From a plasmid: 64,000 nucleotides of DNA. The notes under the pieces were generated by a model. It saw nothing but the letters and a program-made list of their open reading frames with translations, was not told where the DNA came from and did no database searches. Made by a program: the position numbers and the translations under genes. Position 1 is the stretch's first letter; the number at the start of each line of letters is the position of its first letter. The stretch lies in the sequence record NZ_AP019754.1; one strand, 5' to 3'. Shown here one piece after another: positions 38,839-49,020 of this stretch.

Positions 38839-39387
38839 GTGCAACGTTATGGATTGATGGCGCTTTTGCTCGTTTCCTGCTGGGCCAGCGCGCATAACAT
38901 CGTCATCGGGCAGCCCCTTCCGTCGGTTTTTATTGCGGATAAAGGTGAAATGCGGCTGGAGGGCGGCAAGGTTAACTATCAAAAATGGAACAGCCTTTCT
39001 CTTCCGGGTCGGACACGTTTAGTTATTCATGTTGCAGGACGATTGTCGGCCAAAGAGCAGTCCGCCCCGCTTATTGCGGCCCTGCAGCGCGCCAACCTGC
39101 CACAAGACCGGTTCCAGACCACAACCATCGTGAATACAGATGATGCTTTGCCTGGCAGCAGTCTGTTTGTGATTAACAGTATCCGCTCCAGTAAAAAAGC
39201 CTCACCATGGCAACAATTTATTATCGACAGTAGCGGCGTGGCACAACATCGCTGGCAGCTTAAGCCAGAAGGTGCCGCTGTCATCGTGCTGGACCCTGAT
39301 GGTCAGGTAAAGTTTGCGAAAGACACGGCGCTCAGTGCGGATGATGTTTCTCAGGTCATTGCAACATTACGTGCGCTGACAGGCTGA
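38839..39387 (+). CDS. ytfJ: YtfJ-family periplasmic protein
   Basis: GTG start with a signal peptide. Colinear with E. coli YtfJ (RYQTTTIVNTDDA.PGS..FV, PWSQFI.DS.GVA...WQL, VVLD.DG.V.WAKDGAL). Confidence 0.8.
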   Translation: MQRYGLMALLLVSCWASAHNIVIGQPLPSVFIADKGEMRLEGGKVNYQKWNSLSLPGRTRLVIHVAGRLSAKEQSAPLIAALQRANLPQDRFQTTTIVNTDDALPGSSLFVINSIRSSKKASPWQQFIIDSSGVAQHRWQLKPEGAAVIVLDPDGQVKFAKDTALSADDVSQVIATLRALTG

Positions 39388-39630
39388 CCCCTGGCAACCC
39401 GGTAAAGGTACCGCACGGTCTGCCAATCCGACGGAGGTTTATGAATTTTCCACCTTTTCCACAAGCTCAACTAGTATTAACGATGTGGATTTAGCAAAAA
39501 AAACCTGTAACCCTAAATGTAAAATAACGGGTAAGCCTGCCAACCATGTTATGGCAGATTAAGCGTCTTTTTGAAGGGCACCGCATCTTTCGCGTTGCCG
39601 TAAATGTATCCGTTTATAAGGACAGCCCGA

Positions 39631-40539
39631 ATGACGGTCTGCGCAAAAAAACACGTTCATCTCACTCGCGATGCTGCGGAGCAGTTACTGGCTGATATTG
39701 ATCGACGCCTTGATCAGTTATTGCCCGTGGAGGGAGAACGGGATGTTGTGGGTGCCGCGATGCGTGAAGGTGCGCTGGCACCGGGAAAACGTATTCGCCC
39801 CATGTTGCTGTTGCTGACCGCCCGCGATCTGGGCTGCGCTGTCAGCCATGACGGATTACTGGATTTGGCCTGTGCGGTGGAAATGGTCCACGCGGCTTCG
39901 CTGATCCTTGACGATATGCCCTGCATGGACGATGCGAAGCTGCGGCGCGGACGCCCCACCATTCATTCTCATTACGGAGAGCATGTGGCAATACTGGCGG
40001 CGGTTGCCTTGCTGAGTAAAGCCTTTGGCGTAATTGCCGATGCAGATGGCCTCACGCCGCTGGCAAAAAATCGGGCGGTTTCTGAACTGTCAAACGCCAT
40101 CGGCATGCAAGGATTGGTTCAGGGTCAGTTCAAGGACCTGTCTGAAGGGGATAAGCCGCGCAGCGCTGAAGCTATTTTGATGACGAATCACTTTAAAACC
40201 AGCACGCTGTTTTGTGCCTCCATGCAGATGGCCTCGATTGTTGCGAATGCCTCCAGCGAAGCGCGTGATTGCCTGCATCGTTTTTCACTTGATCTTGGTC
40301 AGGCATTTCAACTGCTGGACGATTTGACCGATGGCATGACCGACACCGGTAAGGATAGCAATCAGGACGCCGGTAAATCGACGCTGGTCAATCTGTTAGG
40401 CCCGAGGGCGGTTGAAGAACGTCTGAGACAACATCTTCATCTTGCCAGTGAGCATCTCTCTGCGGCCTGCCAACACGGGCACGCCACTCAACATTTTATT
40501 CAGGCCTGGTTTGACAAAAAACTCGCTGCCGTCAGTTAA
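39631..40539 (+). CDS. crtE: geranylgeranyl diphosphate synthase
   Basis: ATG 39631 (MTVCAKKHVHL...) gives 302 aa. FARM DDMPCMDD and SARM QLLDDLTD aspartate-rich motifs. First gene of the crt operon. Confidence 0.9.
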   Translation: MTVCAKKHVHLTRDAAEQLLADIDRRLDQLLPVEGERDVVGAAMREGALAPGKRIRPMLLLLTARDLGCAVSHDGLLDLACAVEMVHAASLILDDMPCMDDAKLRRGRPTIHSHYGEHVAILAAVALLSKAFGVIADADGLTPLAKNRAVSELSNAIGMQGLVQGQFKDLSEGDKPRSAEAILMTNHFKTSTLFCASMQMASIVANASSEARDCLHRFSLDLGQAFQLLDDLTDGMTDTGKDSNQDAGKSTLVNLLGPRAVEERLRQHLHLASEHLSAACQHGHATQHFIQAWFDKKLAAVS

Positions 40540-40548
40540 GGATGCTGC

Positions 40549-41844
40549 ATGAGCCATTTCGCGGCGATCGCACCGCCTTTTTACAGCCATGTTCGCGCAT
40601 TACAGAATCTCGCTCAGGAACTGGTCGCGCGCGGTCATCGGGTGACCTTTATTCAGCAATACGATATTAAACACTTGATCGATAGCGAAACCATTGGATT
40701 TCATTCCGTCGGGACAGACAGCCATCCCCCCGGCGCGTTAACGCGCGTGCTACACCTGGCGGCTCATCCTCTGGGGCCGTCAATGCTGAAGCTCATCAAT
40801 GAAATGGCGCGCACCACCGATATGCTGTGCCGCGAACTCCCCCAGGCATTTAACGATCTGGCGATAGATGGCGTCATTGTTGATCAAATGGAACCGGCAG
40901 GCGCGCTCGTTGCTGAAGCACTGGGACTGCCGTTTATCTCTGTCGCCTGCGCGCTGCCTCTCAATCGTGAACCGGATATGCCCCTGGCGGTTATGCCTTT
41001 CGAATACGGGACCAGCGACGCGGCTCGCGAACGTTATGCTGCCAGTGAAAAAATTTATGACTGGCTAATGCGTCGTCATGACCGCGTCATTGCCGAACAC
41101 AGCCACAGAATGGGCTTAGCCCCCCGGCAAAAGCTCCACCAGTGTTTTTCGCCACTGGCGCAAATCAGCCAGCTTGTTCCTGAACTGGATTTTCCCCGCA
41201 AAGCGTTACCGGCTTGTTTTCATGCCGTCGGGCCTCTGCGCGAAACGCACGCACCGTCAACGTCTTCATCCCGTTATTTTACATCCTCAGAAAAACCCCG
41301 GATTTTCGCCTCGCTGGGCACGCTTCAGGGGCATCGTTATGGGCTGTTTAAAACGATAGTGAAAGCCTGTGAAGAAATTGACGGTCAGCTCCTGTTAGCT
41401 CACTGTGGTCGTCTTACAGACTCTCAGAGTGAAGAACTGTCGCGAAGCCGTCATACACAGGTGGTGGATTTTGCCGATCAGTCAGCCGCGCTGTCACAGG
41501 CGCAGCTGGCGATCACCCACGGCGGCATGAATACGGTACTGGACGCGATTAATTACCGGACGCCCCTTTTAGCGCTTCCACTGGCCTTTGATCAGCCCGG
41601 CGTCGCGTCACGCATCGTTTATCACGGCATCGGCAAGCGTGCTTCCCGCTTTACCACCAGCCATGCTTTGGCTCGTCAGATGCGTTCATTGCTGACCAAC
41701 GTCGACTTTCAGCAGCGCATGGCGAAGATCCAGACCGCCCTTCGTTTGGCAGGGGGCACCATGGCCGCTGCCGATATCATTGAGCAGGTTATGCGCACCG
41801 GTCAGCCTGTCTTAAGTGGGAGCGGCTATGCAACCGCATTATGA
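40549..41844 (+). CDS. crtX: zeaxanthin glucosyltransferase (GT1 family)
   Basis: 431 aa; colinear with Pantoea CrtX (HFAAIAPPF.SHVRALQNLAQELVARGHRVTF, C-terminal PSPG-like GGMNTVLDAI...PLLALPLAFDQPGVASR). Confidence 0.9.
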   Translation: MSHFAAIAPPFYSHVRALQNLAQELVARGHRVTFIQQYDIKHLIDSETIGFHSVGTDSHPPGALTRVLHLAAHPLGPSMLKLINEMARTTDMLCRELPQAFNDLAIDGVIVDQMEPAGALVAEALGLPFISVACALPLNREPDMPLAVMPFEYGTSDAARERYAASEKIYDWLMRRHDRVIAEHSHRMGLAPRQKLHQCFSPLAQISQLVPELDFPRKALPACFHAVGPLRETHAPSTSSSRYFTSSEKPRIFASLGTLQGHRYGLFKTIVKACEEIDGQLLLAHCGRLTDSQSEELSRSRHTQVVDFADQSAALSQAQLAITHGGMNTVLDAINYRTPLLALPLAFDQPGVASRIVYHGIGKRASRFTTSHALARQMRSLLTNVDFQQRMAKIQTALRLAGGTMAAADIIEQVMRTGQPVLSGSGYATAL

Positions 41845-42976
41845 TCTGATTCTCGTGGGGGCTGGACTCGCGAATGGCCTTATCGCCCTGCGTCTTCAGC
41901 AGCAGCAACCTGATATGCGTATTTTGCTTATCGACGCCGCACCCCAGGCGGGCGGGAATCATACGTGGTCATTTCACCACGATGATTTGACTGAGAGCCA
42001 ACATCGTTGGATAGCTTCGCTGGTGGTTCATCACTGGCCCGACTATCAGGTACGCTTTCCCACACGCCGTCGTAAGCTGAACAGCGGCTACTTCTGTATT
42101 ACTTCTCAGCGTTTCGCTGAGGTTTTACAGCGACAGTTTGGCCCGCACTTGTGGATGGATACCGCGGTCGCAGAGGTTAATGCGGAATCTGTTCGGTTGA
42201 AAAAGGGTCAGGTTATCGGTGCCCGCGCGGTGATTGACGGGCGGGGTTATGCGGCAAACTCAGCACTGAGCGTGGGCTTCCAGGCGTTTATTGGCCAGGA
42301 ATGGCGATTGAGCCACCCGCATGGTTTATCGTCTCCCATTATCATGGATGCCACGGTCGATCAGCAAAATGGTTATCGCTTCGTGTACAGCCTGCCGCTC
42401 TCGCCGACCAGATTGTTAATTGAAGACACGCACTATATCGATAATGCGACATTAGATCCTGAACGCGCGCGGCAAAATATTTGCGACTATGCCGCGCAAC
42501 AGGGTTGGCAGCTTCAGACATTGCTGCGTGAAGAACAGGGCGCCTTACCCATCACCCTGTCGGGCAATGCCGAGGCATTCTGGCAGCAGCGCCCCCTGGC
42601 CTGTAGTGGATTACGTGCCGGTCTGTTCCATCCTACCACCGGCTATTCACTGCCGCTGGCGGTTGCCGTGGCCGACCGCCTGAGCGCACTTGATGTCTTT
42701 ACGTCGGCCTCAATTCACCAGGCTATTAGGCATTTTGCCCGCGAGCGCTGGCAGCAGCAGCGCTTTTTCCGCATGCTGAATCGCATGCTGTTTTTAGCCG
42801 GACCCGCCGATTCACGCTGGCGGGTTATGCAGCGTTTTTATGGTTTACCTGAAGATTTAATTGCCCGTTTTTATGCGGGAAAACTCACGCTGACCGATCG
42901 GCTACGTATTCTGAGCGGCAAGCCGCCTGTTCCGGTATTAGCAGCATTGCAAGCCATTATGACGACTCATCGTTAA
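41828..42976 (+). CDS. crtY: lycopene beta-cyclase
   Basis: The ORF track starts at GTG 41816; ATG 41828 (MQPHYDLILVGAGLANGLIA) has GGAG 5 nt upstream and gives 382 aa. FAD-binding dinucleotide fold. Overlaps the crtX 3' end. Confidence 0.9.
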   Translation: MQPHYDLILVGAGLANGLIALRLQQQQPDMRILLIDAAPQAGGNHTWSFHHDDLTESQHRWIASLVVHHWPDYQVRFPTRRRKLNSGYFCITSQRFAEVLQRQFGPHLWMDTAVAEVNAESVRLKKGQVIGARAVIDGRGYAANSALSVGFQAFIGQEWRLSHPHGLSSPIIMDATVDQQNGYRFVYSLPLSPTRLLIEDTHYIDNATLDPERARQNICDYAAQQGWQLQTLLREEQGALPITLSGNAEAFWQQRPLACSGLRAGLFHPTTGYSLPLAVAVADRLSALDVFTSASIHQAIRHFARERWQQQRFFRMLNRMLFLAGPADSRWRVMQRFYGLPEDLIARFYAGKLTLTDRLRILSGKPPVPVLAALQAIMTTHR

Positions 42977-42987
42977 AGAGCGACTAC

Positions 42988-44466
42988 ATGAAACCAACTA
43001 CGGTAATTGGTGCAGGCTTCGGTGGCCTGGCACTGGCAATTCGTCTACAAGCTGCGGGGATCCCCGTCTTACTGCTTGAACAACGTGATAAACCCGGCGG
43101 TCGGGCTTATGTCTACGAGGATCAGGGGTTTACCTTTGATGCAGGCCCGACGGTTATCACCGATCCCAGTGCCATTGAAGAACTGTTTGCACTGGCAGGA
43201 AAACAGTTAAAAGAGTATGTCGAACTGCTGCCGGTTACGCCGTTTTACCGCCTGTGTTGGGAGTCAGGGAAGGTCTTTAATTACGATAACGATCAAACCC
43301 GGCTCGAAGCGCAGATTCAGCAGTTTAATCCCCGCGATGTCGAAGGTTATCGTCAGTTTCTGGACTATTCACGCGCGGTGTTTAAAGAAGGGTATCTGAA
43401 GCTCGGTACTGTCCCTTTTTTATCGTTCAGAGACATGCTTCGCGCCGCACCTCAACTGGCGAAACTGCAGGCATGGAGAAGCGTTTACAGTAAGGTTGCC
43501 AGTTACATCGAAGATGAACATCTGCGCCAGGCGTTTTCTTTCCACTCGCTGTTGGTGGGCGGCAATCCCTTCGCCACCTCATCCATTTATACGTTGATAC
43601 ACGCGCTGGAGCGTGAGTGGGGCGTCTGGTTTCCGCGTGGCGGCACCGGCGCATTAGTTCAGGGGATGATAAAGCTGTTTCAGGATCTGGGTGGTGAAGT
43701 CGTGTTAAACGCCAGAGTCAGCCATATGGAAACGACAGGAAACAAGATTGAAGCCGTGCATTTAGAGGACGGTCGCAGGTTCCTGACGCAAGCCGTCGCG
43801 TCAAATGCAGATGTGGTTCATACCTATCGCGACCTGTTAAGCCAGCACCCTGCCGCGGTTAAGCAGTCCAACAAACTGCAGACTAAGCGTATGAGTAACT
43901 CTCTGTTTGTGCTCTATTTTGGTTTGAATCACCATCATGATCAGCTCGCGCATCACACGGTTTGTTTCGGCCCGCGTTACCGCGAACTGATTGACGAGAT
44001 TTTTAATCACGATGGCCTCGCAGAGGACTTCTCACTTTATCTGCACGCGCCCTGTGTCACGGATTCGTCACTGGCGCCTGAAGGTTGCGGCAGTTACTAT
44101 GTGTTGGCGCCGGTGCCGCATTTAGGCACCGCGAACCTCGACTGGACGGTTGAGGGGCCAAAACTACGCGACCGTATTTTTGAGTACCTTGAGCAGCATT
44201 ACATGCCTGGCTTACGGAGTCAGCTGGTCACGCACCGGATGTTTACGCCGTTTGATTTTCGCGACCAGCTTAATGCCTATCAGGGCTCAGCCTTTTCTGT
44301 GGAGCCCGTTCTTACCCAGAGCGCCTGGTTTCGGCCGCATAACCGCGATAAAACCATTACTAATCTCTACCTGGTCGGCGCAGGCACGCATCCCGGCGCA
44401 GGCATTCCTGGCGTCATCGGCTCGGCAAAAGCGACAGCAGGTTTGATGCTGGAGGATCTGATTTGA
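42988..44466 (+). CDS. crtI: phytoene desaturase
   Basis: 492 aa. N-terminal VIGAGFGGLALAIRLQAAGIPVLLLEQRDKPGGRAY. Colinear with Pantoea CrtI. Confidence 0.9.
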   Translation: MKPTTVIGAGFGGLALAIRLQAAGIPVLLLEQRDKPGGRAYVYEDQGFTFDAGPTVITDPSAIEELFALAGKQLKEYVELLPVTPFYRLCWESGKVFNYDNDQTRLEAQIQQFNPRDVEGYRQFLDYSRAVFKEGYLKLGTVPFLSFRDMLRAAPQLAKLQAWRSVYSKVASYIEDEHLRQAFSFHSLLVGGNPFATSSIYTLIHALEREWGVWFPRGGTGALVQGMIKLFQDLGGEVVLNARVSHMETTGNKIEAVHLEDGRRFLTQAVASNADVVHTYRDLLSQHPAAVKQSNKLQTKRMSNSLFVLYFGLNHHHDQLAHHTVCFGPRYRELIDEIFNHDGLAEDFSLYLHAPCVTDSSLAPEGCGSYYVLAPVPHLGTANLDWTVEGPKLRDRIFEYLEQHYMPGLRSQLVTHRMFTPFDFRDQLNAYQGSAFSVEPVLTQSAWFRPHNRDKTITNLYLVGAGTHPGAGIPGVIGSAKATAGLMLEDLI

Positions 44467-45392
44467 ATAATCCGTCGTTACTCAATCATGCGGTCGAAAC
44501 GATGGCAGTTGGCTCGAAAAGTTTTGCGACAGCCTCAAAGTTATTTGATGCAAAAACCCGGCGCAGCGTACTGATGCTCTACGCCTGGTGCCGCCATTGT
44601 GACGATGTTATTGACGATCAGACGCTGGGCTTCCAGGCCCGGCAGCCTGCCTTACAAACGCCCGAACAACGTCTGATGCAACTTGAGATGAAAACGCGCC
44701 AGGCCTATGCAGGATCGCAGATGCACGAACCGGCGTTTGCGGCTTTTCAGGAAGTGGCTATGGCTCATGATATCGCCCCGGCTTACGCGTTTGATCATCT
44801 GGAAGGATTCGCCATGGATGTACGCGAAGCGCAATACAGCCAACTGGACGATACGCTGCGCTATTGCTATCACGTTGCAGGCGTTGTCGGCTTGATGATG
44901 GCGCAAATCATGGGCGTGCGGGATAACGCCACGCTGGACCGCGCCTGTGACCTTGGGCTGGCATTTCAGTTGACCAATATTGCTCGCGATATTGTGGACG
45001 ATGCGCATGCGGGCCGCTGTTATCTGCCGGCAAGCTGGCTGGAGCATGAAGGTCTGAACAAAGAGAATTATGCGGCACCTGAAAACCGACAGGCGCTGAG
45101 CCGTATCGCCCGTCGTTTGGTGCAGGAAGCAGAACCTTACTATTTGTCTGCCACAGCGGGCCTGGCTGGGTTGCCCCTGCGTTCGGCCTGGGCAATCGCT
45201 ACGGCGAAGCAGGTTTACCGGAAAATAGGTGTAAAAGTTGAACAGGCCGGTCAGCAAGCCTGGGATCAGCGGCAGTCAACGACCACGCCCGAAAAATTAA
45301 CGCTGCTGCTGGCCGCCTCTGGTCAGGCCCTTACTTCCCGGATGCGGGCTCATCCTCCCCGCCCTGCGCATCTCTGGCAGCGCCCGCTCTAG
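44463..45392 (+). CDS. crtB: 15-cis-phytoene synthase
   Basis: 309 aa. Squalene/phytoene synthase motifs (YAWCRHCDDVIDD, YCYHVAGVVGLM, NIARDIVDDA). ATGA-type overlap with crtI. Confidence 0.9.
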   Translation: MNNPSLLNHAVETMAVGSKSFATASKLFDAKTRRSVLMLYAWCRHCDDVIDDQTLGFQARQPALQTPEQRLMQLEMKTRQAYAGSQMHEPAFAAFQEVAMAHDIAPAYAFDHLEGFAMDVREAQYSQLDDTLRYCYHVAGVVGLMMAQIMGVRDNATLDRACDLGLAFQLTNIARDIVDDAHAGRCYLPASWLEHEGLNKENYAAPENRQALSRIARRLVQEAEPYYLSATAGLAGLPLRSAWAIATAKQVYRKIGVKVEQAGQQAWDQRQSTTTPEKLTLLLAASGQALTSRMRAHPPRPAHLWQRPL

Positions 45393-45858
45393 CGCCATGT
45401 CTTTCCCGGAGCGTCGCCTGAAGTTTTGACAGGGGCGGCGCATAGAGGAAGCCAAAAGAAACACAACCTTCTTTGCCCCTGACGGCGTGATGCATACGGT
45501 GCGCCATATACAACCGTTTGAGGTAGCCCTTGCGTGGAATATAGCGGAATGGCCAACGTTGATGCACCAGCCCGTCGTGCACCATAAAATAGAGTAATCC
45601 ATACGCCGTCATACCTGCGCCAATCCACTGGAGCGGCCACATTCCTGTACTGCCCAGATAAATCAGCAGGATCGATAATGCAGCAAAAACCACGGCATAA
45701 AGATCGTTAACTTCAAACGCACCTTTACGCGGTTCATGATGTGAAAGATGCCATCCCCAACCCCAGCCGTGCATGATGTATTTGTGTGCCAGTGCAGCAA
45801 CCACTTCCATGCCAATCACGGTAACGAAAACGATCAGGGCATTCCAAATCCACAACAT
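45331..45858 (-). CDS. crtZ: beta-carotene 3-hydroxylase
   Basis: 175 aa with His-box motifs (HKYIMHGWGWGWHLSHH, HDGLVHQRWPF, HRMHHA). Convergent with crtB, overlapping it by 62 bp, as in Pantoea ananatis. Confidence 0.9.
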   Translation of the reverse strand: MLWIWNALIVFVTVIGMEVVAALAHKYIMHGWGWGWHLSHHEPRKGAFEVNDLYAVVFAALSILLIYLGSTGMWPLQWIGAGMTAYGLLYFMVHDGLVHQRWPFRYIPRKGYLKRLYMAHRMHHAVRGKEGCVSFGFLYAPPLSKLQATLRERHGARAGAARDAQGGEDEPASGK

Positions 45859-45934
45859 AATTTCTCCGGTAGAGACGTCTGGCAGCAGGCTTAAGGATTC
45901 AATTTTAACAGAGATTAGCCGATCTGGCGGCGGG

Positions 45935-45970
45935 AAGGGAAAAAGGCGCGCCAGAAAGGCGCGCCAGGGA
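45935..45970. terminator. rho-independent terminator (minus strand) after the yahK-like gene, upstream of crtZ
   Basis: Minus strand reads GGCGCGCCtttctGGCGCGCCttttt. Confidence 0.55.
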
Positions 45971-46987
45971 TTAGAAGTCGGCTTTCAGAACCACACGGTA
46001 GTTGGCTTTACCTGCACGAACATGGTCCAGTGCATCATTGATTTTCGACATCGGGAAGTACTCCACTGTCGGCGCAATATCTCTACGGCCAGCCAGCTTC
46101 AGCAGTGAACGCAGCTGCGCAGGTGAACCGGTTGAAGAACCCGTCACGGCGCGGTCGCCTAAAATCAGGCTGAAAGCCGGCACATCAAACGGCTTCAGTA
46201 CGGCACCCACGGTATGGAACTTACCGCGAGGCGCCAGGGCCGCAAAGTAGGGTTGCCAGTCGAGATCGACGGCGACCGTGCTGATAATCAGGTCAAACTG
46301 GCCCGCCAGGCTTTTTAAAGCTTCCGGATCGCGGCTGTTCACCACATGATCGGCGCCCATGTCCAGAATAGCCTGCTTCTTATTGGCTGAAGAACTGAAC
46401 GCCGTCACTTCTGCGCCCATCGCGTGTAGAATCTTAATGGCGATGTGGCCCAGACCACCAATACCGATCACGCCAACGCGGCTCATCGCGGTAATGTTAT
46501 GCATAAGTAAGGGTTTAAAGACGGTAATCCCACCACACAGCAGAGGGCCGGCCGTGGCCGCATCCAGCTTTTCAGGTAATGGGATAACCCACTGCCAGTT
46601 GGCGCGCAGTTTGTCAGCAAAGCCCCCATTGTTGCCAATCGTGGTTGTGGTGCCATTGGCGCAGTTGACGTGATCGCCGCTGATGCAGGGATCGCAATGC
46701 TGGCAGCTCTTGGCTGTCCAGCCGATGCCCACGCGCTGTCCCACTTTCAGGCCTTTCGTTTTGGCACTTTCGCCAAGCGCAGCCACGCGTCCAATTACTT
46801 CATGACCGGCAACAACGGGATATGCTGAAATTCCCCATTCGTTATCGATCATCGACAGATCTGAGTGGCATACGCCGCAGTATTCAACTTCAACTTCTAC
46901 ATCTTCAGCGTCTAACGGGCCGGGATCATAGTCGTAACGCTCCAGTGCTTGTCCCGCCTGCATGGCTGCGTAACTCTTAATTGTCAT
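45971..46987 (-). CDS. yahK: Zn-dependent NADPH aldehyde reductase / alcohol dehydrogenase (YahK/Ahr type)
   Basis: ATG 46987 (MTIKSYAA...) has GAGG 6 nt upstream. Zn-ADH motifs GVCHSDL, GHE.VG, C.HC..C, GIGGLGH. Colinear with E. coli YahK. Confidence 0.8.
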   Translation of the reverse strand: MTIKSYAAMQAGQALERYDYDPGPLDAEDVEVEVEYCGVCHSDLSMIDNEWGISAYPVVAGHEVIGRVAALGESAKTKGLKVGQRVGIGWTAKSCQHCDPCISGDHVNCANGTTTTIGNNGGFADKLRANWQWVIPLPEKLDAATAGPLLCGGITVFKPLLMHNITAMSRVGVIGIGGLGHIAIKILHAMGAEVTAFSSSANKKQAILDMGADHVVNSRDPEALKSLAGQFDLIISTVAVDLDWQPYFAALAPRGKFHTVGAVLKPFDVPAFSLILGDRAVTGSSTGSPAQLRSLLKLAGRRDIAPTVEYFPMSKINDALDHVRAGKANYRVVLKADF

Positions 46988-46999
46988 TCTGTACCTCAT

Positions 47000-47584
47000 T
47001 TAACGCGTTGTTTTGGCGGTCAGCGTATTTGCAACTGTCACGAACTGACCGCCGCCAAGATGATGTAAAGTGTGTAGCGCTGAGTTGCTGTCATCGAAAT
47101 GCCAGCGACCGTCGTAAAAAACCCGATTGTCTGCCGCAGCGGTGACCACTTCACCAAACAGCGTGTCGTACGCCTGCTGCGCTTCGGTTTCAGGTAACAG
47201 ACAGCATTCCATCCACGCAACACAACTCTCTTCCAACAGAGGCACACCGAAGTGTTGACTCTCGCTGGCCTGAATATCAAAAGCCGCAAATTTATCCTGG
47301 TCGCGCCCGGTCGTGCTGCCAACGGCATAAGCCAGATCGACAAATTGCGCGGCAGGGACACAAATACCAAATGCACCACTGGCTTCAATCAGCTCACGTG
47401 ACCAGGTCGATTTATCCACAATAATCGCTACCCGCGGCGGCGAAAATTCGACGGGAACGGACCAGGCTGCGGCCATGATGTTGCGACGCTGTGACTGACT
47501 ATCCCGACTGGTTATTAATATAGTCGGTCCGTGGTTCAGCAAACGGCTTGCGTGTTCCAGCGCGACAGGACGAAAGTGCGACAT
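47000..47584 (-). CDS. flavin reductase-like (FMN-binding split-barrel) protein
   Basis: The ORF track starts at TTG 47614; ATG 47584 (MSHFRPVALEHASRLL...) has AAGGA 7 nt upstream. Flavin_Reduct-domain pattern. Forms an operon with the yahK-like gene. Confidence 0.75.
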   Translation of the reverse strand: MSHFRPVALEHASRLLNHGPTILITSRDSQSQRRNIMAAAWSVPVEFSPPRVAIIVDKSTWSRELIEASGAFGICVPAAQFVDLAYAVGSTTGRDQDKFAAFDIQASESQHFGVPLLEESCVAWMECCLLPETEAQQAYDTLFGEVVTAAADNRVFYDGRWHFDDSNSALHTLHHLGGGQFVTVANTLTAKTTR

Positions 47585-47939
47585 TCGAAAATCCTTAATG
47601 ACTGGGTCAGGCAATATAACGCCAGTACACCCGGTTTGCAGGTTGATGAACCCGGTACTCTAGCGGTTTTTATCTCAGATGAACTTGCCGCTTTGTGCCT
47701 TAGCTTGACAAAATAGTGTTTAATATCATGATTTAACAATCTTGAAATTTTAAACAGGTTGCACGACAAGCGGAACCGCTGAAGGGATAATTTTAGTTCG
47801 GTTTGGTATGAAAGATGAGAAATAAGACTAATCCTTATCAGTCTGCATTCACGGCTGCTGGCAGGATCACCTGGCAGAATAAGCGTAAGTTTGTCACAGT
47901 CAGTGAAGCAGAATTTTAACCATCGTAACGGGAGTTGCT

Positions 47940-48491
47940 ATGAACAATGACAAGCTACAGGCTGAACCTCTTGTCTGGGGACAAGGTCCACAGGTGTTTG
48001 AGGTTTTTATCGAACCCACCTGCCCTTTCTCTGTACGCGCGTTTAACAAATTCGATGCGCTGTTAGAGCAGGTTGGTGAAGATAAAATGACACTCAAAAT
48101 TCATCTTCAGTCGCAGCCCTGGCACATGTACTCTGGCGTAATCGTGCGCTACATCCTCGCGGCATCGGTAGAAAGTAAAGCGGCGGCTAAAGCGGTTCTG
48201 CAGGCCGTTGCCGATCATCGGGAAGCCTTTGAGTTTACAGACCATTGTCGTGGTCCAAACCGAGACGTTACGCCTAATCAGCTTCTCGCCAGACTCAGGG
48301 AGTACAGCGGCGTCGATGCTTATGCGGCATTTGACCGGCCTGATTTGCAAAACCTGATCAAATGGCACTGTAAATATGCCCGCCAGAACGGTATTCATGT
48401 TTCACCCACCTTTATGATTAATGGCCTGGTGCAGCCCGATATCGGCAGTGGTGATACGGTTGATGAGTGGGCAAAACGTATTCTGGCCTGA
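47940..48491 (+). CDS. DsbA/thioredoxin-fold family protein with CxxS (CPFS) in place of the CxxC active site
   Basis: 183 aa. The active-site position reads EPTCPFSVRAF. DsbA-like topology, with the C-terminal HVSPTFMING cis-Pro loop context. Confidence 0.65.
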   Translation: MNNDKLQAEPLVWGQGPQVFEVFIEPTCPFSVRAFNKFDALLEQVGEDKMTLKIHLQSQPWHMYSGVIVRYILAASVESKAAAKAVLQAVADHREAFEFTDHCRGPNRDVTPNQLLARLREYSGVDAYAAFDRPDLQNLIKWHCKYARQNGIHVSPTFMINGLVQPDIGSGDTVDEWAKRILA

Positions 48492-48544
48492 CAGACTTGC
48501 TGCCCAAAAGCAGCCATTCAGGCCCTGCTGTAAAAGGACTTAAT

Positions 48545-48958
48545 ATGACGATGACGCTTGAACAGATTAAAACGAAATACCCTGACGCACTGGCCTGGTC
48601 GTTTGGCGATTCACCCGATCTGGCCAATGAACTGGCCACGTTGGTCCTTACCGGCAAAAAAATCGCCACCTGCAGTTCTCTGCAAGGCTGGTATGAAGAT
48701 GACGTGAAACCGCAACCCGGCGGCTATAGCATCATCTTAAACGGCGCGGATAATCCGGTTTGCGTCATCAGGACGACGGGGCTGTTTGTAACACGCTTCG
48801 ATCGCGTTACGCCGGAGATGGCCATGATGGAAGGCGAAGGTGACCTGAGCCTTGAGTACTGGCAGCGTGAACATCAACGCTTTTTTCAGCGTAACGGTGG
48901 ATTTAGCACTGAAATGGAACTGATATTTGAGACCTTTCAACTTGTTGAAATCATCTGA
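48545..48958 (+). CDS. ASCH-domain protein
   Basis: The ORF track starts at 48467; ATG 48545 has an AAGGA RBS and gives 137 aa with the ASCH beta-barrel pattern (WSFGDSPDLANELATLVLTGKKIATCSS). Confidence 0.65.
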   Translation: MTMTLEQIKTKYPDALAWSFGDSPDLANELATLVLTGKKIATCSSLQGWYEDDVKPQPGGYSIILNGADNPVCVIRTTGLFVTRFDRVTPEMAMMEGEGDLSLEYWQREHQRFFQRNGGFSTEMELIFETFQLVEII

Positions 48959-49020
48959 ATCAGCCGTTAATCCGCACGCTGTCCGGATTAACGGCCTAAA
49001 TCGCGCAGTGCATACCATAA

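Noticed and set aside
47531-47769. 61-aa (+) and 77-aa (-) ORFs in the flavin-reductase/dsbA-like intergenic region
   Set aside because: They overlap the real start region of the flavin reductase (ATG 47584). No RBS and no conservation signal. Likely promoter DNA.
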